Assembly (NCBI GenBank): GCA_964276515.1
Contig: OZ193910.1
Coordinates: forward strand, 4,526,001 to 4,590,000
Direction of reading: 5' to 3'
Source: Gordius albopunctatus
Taxonomy: Eukaryota
DNA length: 64,000 nucleotides
This document shows, one piece after another, positions 57,039 through 64,000 of this stretch (positions are counted from its first letter, which is position 1; every line of letters starts with the position of its first letter). The translations under genes were made by a program, and so were the position numbers. Below the pieces are notes generated by a model. The model searched no databases. It was not told where the DNA came from and saw only the letters and a list, made by a program, of their open reading frames with translations.

Positions 57039-57950
57039 CGTCGTCAGGATCCCTCTCTTCCTCCTCCTTTTAACTTCTTATTCGCCACATGATAACAAAG
57101 TGATGTTTTGTAAAGGTAATAATAATGAATGACACAAACCCTGGCAGCATCTGCTCCCTTTGCATCGCACCAAGTCAAAAGTTAAACATGGTTTTTAAAA
57201 ACCCGTGGTTACATCAATGTCCCAAAATGTAATATGATCATACAAAGCTCGACTGTAAAAAAACTTCAATATTTACATCACCAGTTTTGTTCTCATGGCT
57301 TACCCATATTGTATTAACCACCTTTCCTCTGGCTGTCACCATTTTTGTTTGAAAACTTTAAGAGTCATATTAACGCGATATACGATAACTCCCCTACCAA
57401 AGGGAGACAAATTTATCAAATATACTAATCGTGTTTGCTGTTTAATTATTTATGATGTTTCTACTACCATTACACGGAGATGAACGAAATTCAATATTTT
57501 ACCTTCACATCTCCCCACACCACCTTTTAAATCGGTGTTTTATTCAGGGGCATATTACTAGATAACGACCGAAATATTAGATTTACCCTTAAATTTAACA
57601 TGCAATAAACCCCATTATCGCCGCCCGAACAAATTTACAAAGGGAGAGACGGGCCACAAATAACTGCCCCCCTAACTATATTATGGATCTGAATTTACCA
57701 TGTGCATTAATATCCTTATCTCACAAATGACATTCCCGAGATATCTATGTTCGTTTTGATGTCAAATTTGACGATAAAAGTCTATTAATCAAGTGAGTGG
57801 CCTTTAATACTTTTAATAACGTAAAAAATACATTCTGAAACTGGTAAGATTTTATGATCTAATAAAAAATTTTATATAGCTAATAACTTTTAATAATTAA
57901 ATTAATAAATGTTACAATTTTAACATTTAGCTTGTAGAATTGATTAAACG

Positions 57951-60900
57951 ATGACCAAAAAGATCAACGACATTTATCACAAAGCTGCGAGGGAAGAATG
58001 TCTGGAAATTTTAAAGAAAGCTTACAAAAGGGATTTAAACCAAGTTGATGAGATAGGTATGACACCCACCCACTGGGCTGCCTATTATGGAAATTTAGAT
58101 GCTCTAAGGATCATTGTTGGCCGAAGGTAAAAACATAGGTATTTTGTGCCAAATTTAGTTTTTGGCTTAAAAATTTTAATTAAGAGAGATTTGAGATTAT
58201 TCAGTTGTTTTATTCTGATAGTTTAGCTTCATTATAACAATAATTATTGAATCGGCGGTTATAATTATCCAAGACAACAGATACTTATTAGTTAATTACT
58301 AATTTGTATAAAATTTATATTTAGTTGGGATTAAAGTATTTTAAAATAATAAAGAAAATATGAGGGCTCAATTAATATAAAAATATCTTAAAGAAAATTT
58401 AGATATATAAAGGTTTAAAACTGTAGGGCATATGAGTTATTTTATTCTCATATGCAAGCTTGTGAGTATATCCTATTTTCGGGATATTATATTGTCCATT
58501 CTACTTAACACACATTTTCCCTTATTAAATTTCAATAATTGAAACTACCCAGTTCAATTATTATAATACTCAAATCGATTTTTTAATTAGTTGACCGCCC
58601 TCCCTCGATTATCACCTGAAATGATTTTTATCATCATTTAATAGCAATTCTATATATTTAAAATATATCAAAAGGTTTCATTAACATATCATCCATTTTT
58701 TAAGGTATCTATAAAAATGATGCCGATCTATCTTTGGTTTTAATATTTGATCAATTTTTTAAACGCTGCCTTTCCATATCCTTGCTAAAATTTTCCAAGT
58801 CTAGCAATTAACTTTATTTGATGTTAAAGATTTGTTCAAGATTCGGCCCCACATAACTTTTGAAGGGGATATTTACGCTTAAAAAATATAACTTGGTCAA
58901 TTTCTCCCGTTTAAAAAAATACATTTTCTCTTAATTGAAAACGGTAACTCCTTTGTGAAATCTGTGAGATTTATAAAGATCTTATACCTTATCACTCCAC
59001 CCAAAATTCGTAAGGGTTACTCTTTACACAACCATTTTTTCGTAAATACTATCATTGCTAAAAAGGATCATTGCCATGATTATAACATATTATGTAAGCC
59101 CAAACCTTAGTTTTAATATAATTTGTCTTAACTTGGCTTTCATTCTATATAAAGCGGTGACCCAGACAAGCCTGATTACGTCGGTAAAACATCTCTGCAC
59201 TATGCCGCCATGAACGGTCACTTGAATTGTGTCAGTTTTCTCCTTTCATTTGGATCAGTAAATCTTTGGGCTCTGGATAATGACTTTAAAACTCCTCTCG
59301 AACTGGCCGCTTTGAGAGAACAGGCCTCCATTGTACAATTACTCGATTTAACCATTCAGCAGCGGATAGTTATGGATGGGGGTCCTGGTAAAGTAGCCAA
59401 GATCAAGGCTAAAAGTTTGAAGGATGCAACTAAGCGGGTAAAATCTTACAAAAATTTCTGCAGACGCGCCGAATGTCACAAATACCTTTCCCGATTCCGC
59501 GTCAACGATAAAGCCATGAATTACGTGCTCAAACCTAAACCCATCGAATATGGAATGTACAGCCCCATCGATACTTCCAATATATACCCACACTCTCGTT
59601 CTTTTGATGAATTGGATTTTTTTGATAGAAGTTGTACGCCTCAACAGGTATTAGGAAGGAGGAGTAATGGTTCGGCTAATACAAGTTGCGAGCGTGATTT
59701 AAACGATTCACCCTTATACAGTGCGCTGAGCAAAAGCTATTTGGAACGAACGGATCCGCAACGGTATAGACCCCTTTTTTCTAAAAAGGATTGCTACTAT
59801 TCTCCCAACATGTTTAGCACCTTTAGCCCAAGTAATTTCCATTTTGGAATTTTATAATTAAAAAGGACGTGTTTGTGCACCCCAATAATTGATAGTTCTT
59901 TAATTTAATGGGCCCTATGTAAATTTTACTTTATGGGTGTCCGGGGTTAAAAATTTTTCATTCAAATTTTTTTGATTACATGTATGATTAGAGCCCTGCA
60001 CGGACAACCCGGCCCTATTCACGCCGTGCTCAAGCAGAATTTAGTAAAAATAATTAGGCATTGGTTGGCATGATGAGGCAGTCAGACCCGAGCCCCGAGC
60101 TCAGCCAATCCGCGAAAACTTATATTTTAAATATTATTTCAATGAACTCGATATGAGTTATAAATGGCGCAGCATAAACAATATAGCTTTTAAACTCCAG
60201 CCCCTACCCCCTGTCTACAATAATTTGTTAATCAAAATAGCTAATTTTATTTTAGTCTATAGACCCATCCCATAGTAGCTATTACAACTTTTAAAATAAA
60301 ATATGTAAACAATTCAAAAGCTTATTTATTTAAACTGTTAAATAAAATTTATTTTATAAATTGAGATAATTACTTTAAAATTTTGTAAGTTAAAAAATTA
60401 TAGCAAGAGAAAGTCTTTATTCCAAACTTACTTGTTTTAAATTACAAATAATAAGAATCAAATTATTCTATATATATATATTTTAAAATAAATTGTGCCA
60501 AAAATTGAAAAGGATCTCAGGCTCAGTTCGGGCTAATTAATAGGCCAGGACGAACTCAGGCCAAATAAAATCCATTTTGCAGGAGTCTATATATGATAGA
60601 ATAAAATGTTTCATCTTTAATACGATGTATATACAAACGCCACATTGTCGTGAGTTTTTCCAGACAAATTTAGATAGTTTTACATCCTAATGACGCTAGT
60701 GTAACGGAAATGTAATATATAAAATGTAAATTAAAAGATACGTGGGTAAAAACGTGTCATACTTTTTCCTAAAAGTGTAATTTAAAAATACTAACATAAC
60801 ATAATATTAGTGTATCAGAAATCTGAGATTTTTTAAACTTGTTGCCTTTCATTAAATAATGGATTAAGTGTACTCGTTTCAAAAAATGTATTTTTAAGAT

Positions 60901-62451
60901 CTTTAATCGTTTTATAGCATTTTCTAAAGAAGCGACGAGAAACATGAATCGTTCATCGGTCATAGCACAGAGTATGTATATTTCGAGTAATGACCAGTCT
61001 CCAAAATCGCCCTTAGCCAATTACAACATTGAGCATCCTTCTAGGGATAATAATGATGAAAATCATGCTAAAATAAACGGCGACTTACAGCTCCCAGGCA
61101 ATGACGTAGAAGACAAAAGTCATTGTCAGGATTCTTTATCAACTTCAAACCCTCCTTCATGGTCCTCACTTAGTTCATCCCCTTCTTCCTTTATCCTAAA
61201 TTGGTGGAAAAAAAGAGCTGGAAATAGCAACGGTCAGCGCAGGTCGAATGACCGCAAAAATAACATTTCACACCTATCAATATCTCCAGATTCGGGAGGG
61301 TCTTCACTAAATTCATCAAAATGTGCCCCTCGGCCTAGTAATCCAATCCCCAAGGAATTGACTTCGAAAGAAGATAAACGTTCTTTTTGGAGAAGTTATA
61401 TGCACTTACCCATTCCCAATAAAAATAGACCACTGTCATATGCTGCCCAATGTAACAGTGAAAAAATAAAGAAATCTTTCAAATACTCGCCCCATAAATC
61501 AGGTAATGTTTCTAACGCTTATGCTTTAAAATCCAAAAATAGTAGGCTTAAAAGTGTAAAATTTAAATTTAGACCGTTATGTTGCATTTAGTCCAGTTAA
61601 CAAGGGCCCACTTTTGAACATAAGATTAAAATAATGTTTTGGCAGTTAAAAGAAATAAATAAAATTACTTAGAAATTTAAGGAGGTTGCTAGGATTTTGA
61701 TAAGATTTGTGGAGAATGAGGTTTATTTAAAATTGCAACTCACAGAACTTAATTTTGAGCCCCTATATTTCGTTAAAATTCCGTCAATATATAATTAAAA
61801 TATTCAGAAATAAGAAAACAATAGTTAGGGGGTGAGGTTGTATAACTTCCATGCCCTAAAAAAGTCTATCGATTGGATCTTAAATAAAAGTAAAATTATA
61901 TCTTTTTTATACAGAGAAAAGAATGTCAATTTTTTATGAATCTCCCTCGATGGAAACAAATTTAAAGAAAGGCAAAAACAAAATACTCCAATCCATGCCA
62001 AATATATTTGGAGCTAAAGATATTCCTTTTCAAATTACGGAAAGCGAATGGAGAAATTTTAAAGCCGAAATCAAATTTGAATCTAGTGACGCGGAAGAAG
62101 ACAATAATAATCAAATCGATCAATTATATGAACCGGTGTCCAAACAACTTTTAGTCCGTCCCATTTTGAACGAAGAAAATAGGTAATGTATTAAATATAA
62201 AATTTTCTATAAAGATGATAATTTTTAAACATTATTTACGTCATTCCTGAGAGAACAAAAGGCTAAATGTTTTAATTCAAAAGTCAATCAATACCTTTGC
62301 CATTTCTATACAATCCTAATATTTGTTCATCAATATTTAGATCAATATCTGGCCAGCGACTAAATAAAGATGAATTCAAAGGATACAGTAATTATGTATC
62401 CCAACACTATCGATTTTGGGAACAGTCCTCACCATCTTGTACAGTTAAAAG
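57951..62451 (+). CDS. USH1G: USH1G/SANS (ANKS4B-family) ankyrin-repeat scaffold, spliced; 3' end unresolved
   Basis: Exons 57951-58126, 59155-59831, 60918-61502, 61915-62182, 62341-62451. The N-terminus [96 protein letters not shown] matches the SANS ankyrin region. Confidence 0.8.
59989..60589. mobile_element. hAT-type MITE in an intron of the SANS-like gene
   Basis: Ends TAGAGCCCTGCA/TGCAGGAGTCTA; 8-bp TSD TGTATGAT/TATATGAT. Confidence 0.75.
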
Positions 62452-63230
62452 GTACGTGTCATGCACAAGGCTGTAATTAACATTAAAGTGACCCTGACCC
62501 CTTATCGACTTCAATTCCTCATGAATTTTTAGAGCCCTGTTTGTGAACTTAAACGCTATTATAAAAAGCTAAATTATTAATATAAGTTTTATATGGAAAA
62601 TAAAATGGTGCCATGCTTTAATTTGAGTTACGGTTGCATTTTTTACTAGTTCCAGTTATATTTGAGGTTCACCAGCAATACACTTTCGATTAAAAATACA
62701 ATATTTATTAATATATTTCAATCAACATTTGTTATACAAATTTTAAAACATTATAATGATTCGATTTCAATAAGACATTTTATTCAGATTTGTTTCCTGT
62801 CACTAATATTACATCAAGACTGAAAAGACCCTAGACGGGAGCGCTAAAGGAAGATAATTATCAATAAGATAAGTATGTATGCATCATAGGTCAGATTTAT
62901 TAAATTTTCTATTTCACTTAAGTTGGGTAATTTATTATTACTGGGTAAATCTTTATTTTTTATAATCCCATTACTTATAGGATAAACTCAATTGAAGCAT
63001 CTTTATTAAAAGTGCATGGAATAAGCTTAGTTATGAATAAATTTTACTTTAATAAAATTGCAATCGAATTACTGCGTAAATTTAAACAGAATTTTCGGGA
63101 AGTAAATACCTGAAGGATAAACTTTATTGTATATAAAATTAAATTAAATCGTTGGAAGAAAAGTAAGTGAGTAAGCAGTGTTTTAAATTCCTTTATATAC
63201 TCGTGAATTAATTGAATAATTCAATTAAGT

Positions 63231-63356
63231 TTAGTGGTGCCTCCGCGAGACATAAATAAATCGATTACCTGAGGTATAAATAAATAAATTACATTTAGTG
63301 GTACCTCCGCGAGGTATAGATAAATCAATTACATTTAGTGATGAATCCGCGAGATA
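63231..63356. repeat. Degenerate minisatellite with a ~41-bp unit
   Basis: TTAGTGGT.CCTCCGCGAG..ATA.ATAAATC.ATTAC recurs about three times. Confidence 0.65.
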
Positions 63357-64000
63357 TGCTTGATTGGTCAATTAACGTCGCTAAATAGTAAGGTAATGTA
63401 AATGTGTCAATTAAAAAACGATAAACTAAAGCTAGACAGATAACTTTGATAATCTAGTTAATTAATGATTTTAAGGTTTATAGAAAGTAACAAACTTTAT
63501 TCAAACAGTGACTAAAATACCGTAACTGACTACAATAACAATTAAAAATTTCCCCTGGTAATTAACTAAAGTTGATTTTCTAAAAAAAAGAAATTCTTGA
63601 AACTATTTGCATGTAACTTGTTATTTAACAGATTTAACTTCTTATAAAAAATCCCATCAACATATAGTAAGTATATAAGTATTAACAATCATAGCCGTAA
63701 AATACATTAATCTAACTGCGCAGATGATATATGCTCACCTATCTTAATTTCATTATAACGGCATTTATAAACATCGGATCACTTTACTTCTACTTAGGGA
63801 TTCCCAAGGGAAAATTCCCCTAAAAATATATTTTTTTAATCAAATTTATATGATCTAATTTAAGTTATATATTATTTTAATTTACTTTAATTTCATATTT
63901 ACCTCGTGGTAACTAATATTTTAAATATTTCCTAATTTATAATTTGTGAAAATTTGCTTAAATACTATTAACATCTAGTTGTTAACTTAAAAGATTTTGC

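Overview
AT-rich, intron-containing genomic DNA from an invertebrate animal; the species cannot be determined from the sequence. Four spliced host genes were reconstructed by hand: a USP4/11/15-type deubiquitinase (+, 4720-20844), RAB3GAP2 (+, 28822-41419), MGME1 (-, 44229-46251) and a USH1G/SANS-ANKS4B-like ankyrin gene (+, from 57951, 3' end unresolved). The rest is rich in transposon material: a near-intact hAT transposase, several hAT MITE families with 8-bp TSDs, a TTAA piggyBac-like element, a decayed Gypsy pol, and a CRE/RTE/Penelope retroelement cluster. The most striking observation is inside the hAT element. Between its stop codon and its terminal repeat lies a ~600-bp colinear antisense 'digest' of the whole transposase ORF, made of about 11 short pieces, which suggests a built-in self-silencing hairpin. 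Also notable are five hammerhead-ribozyme-like cores with a covarying stem II in Penelope-derived repeats, 32-44-nt micro-introns, a GC-AG intron, and CpG-free zones in the 5' bodies of the housekeeping genes. All alignments and counts were done by eye.
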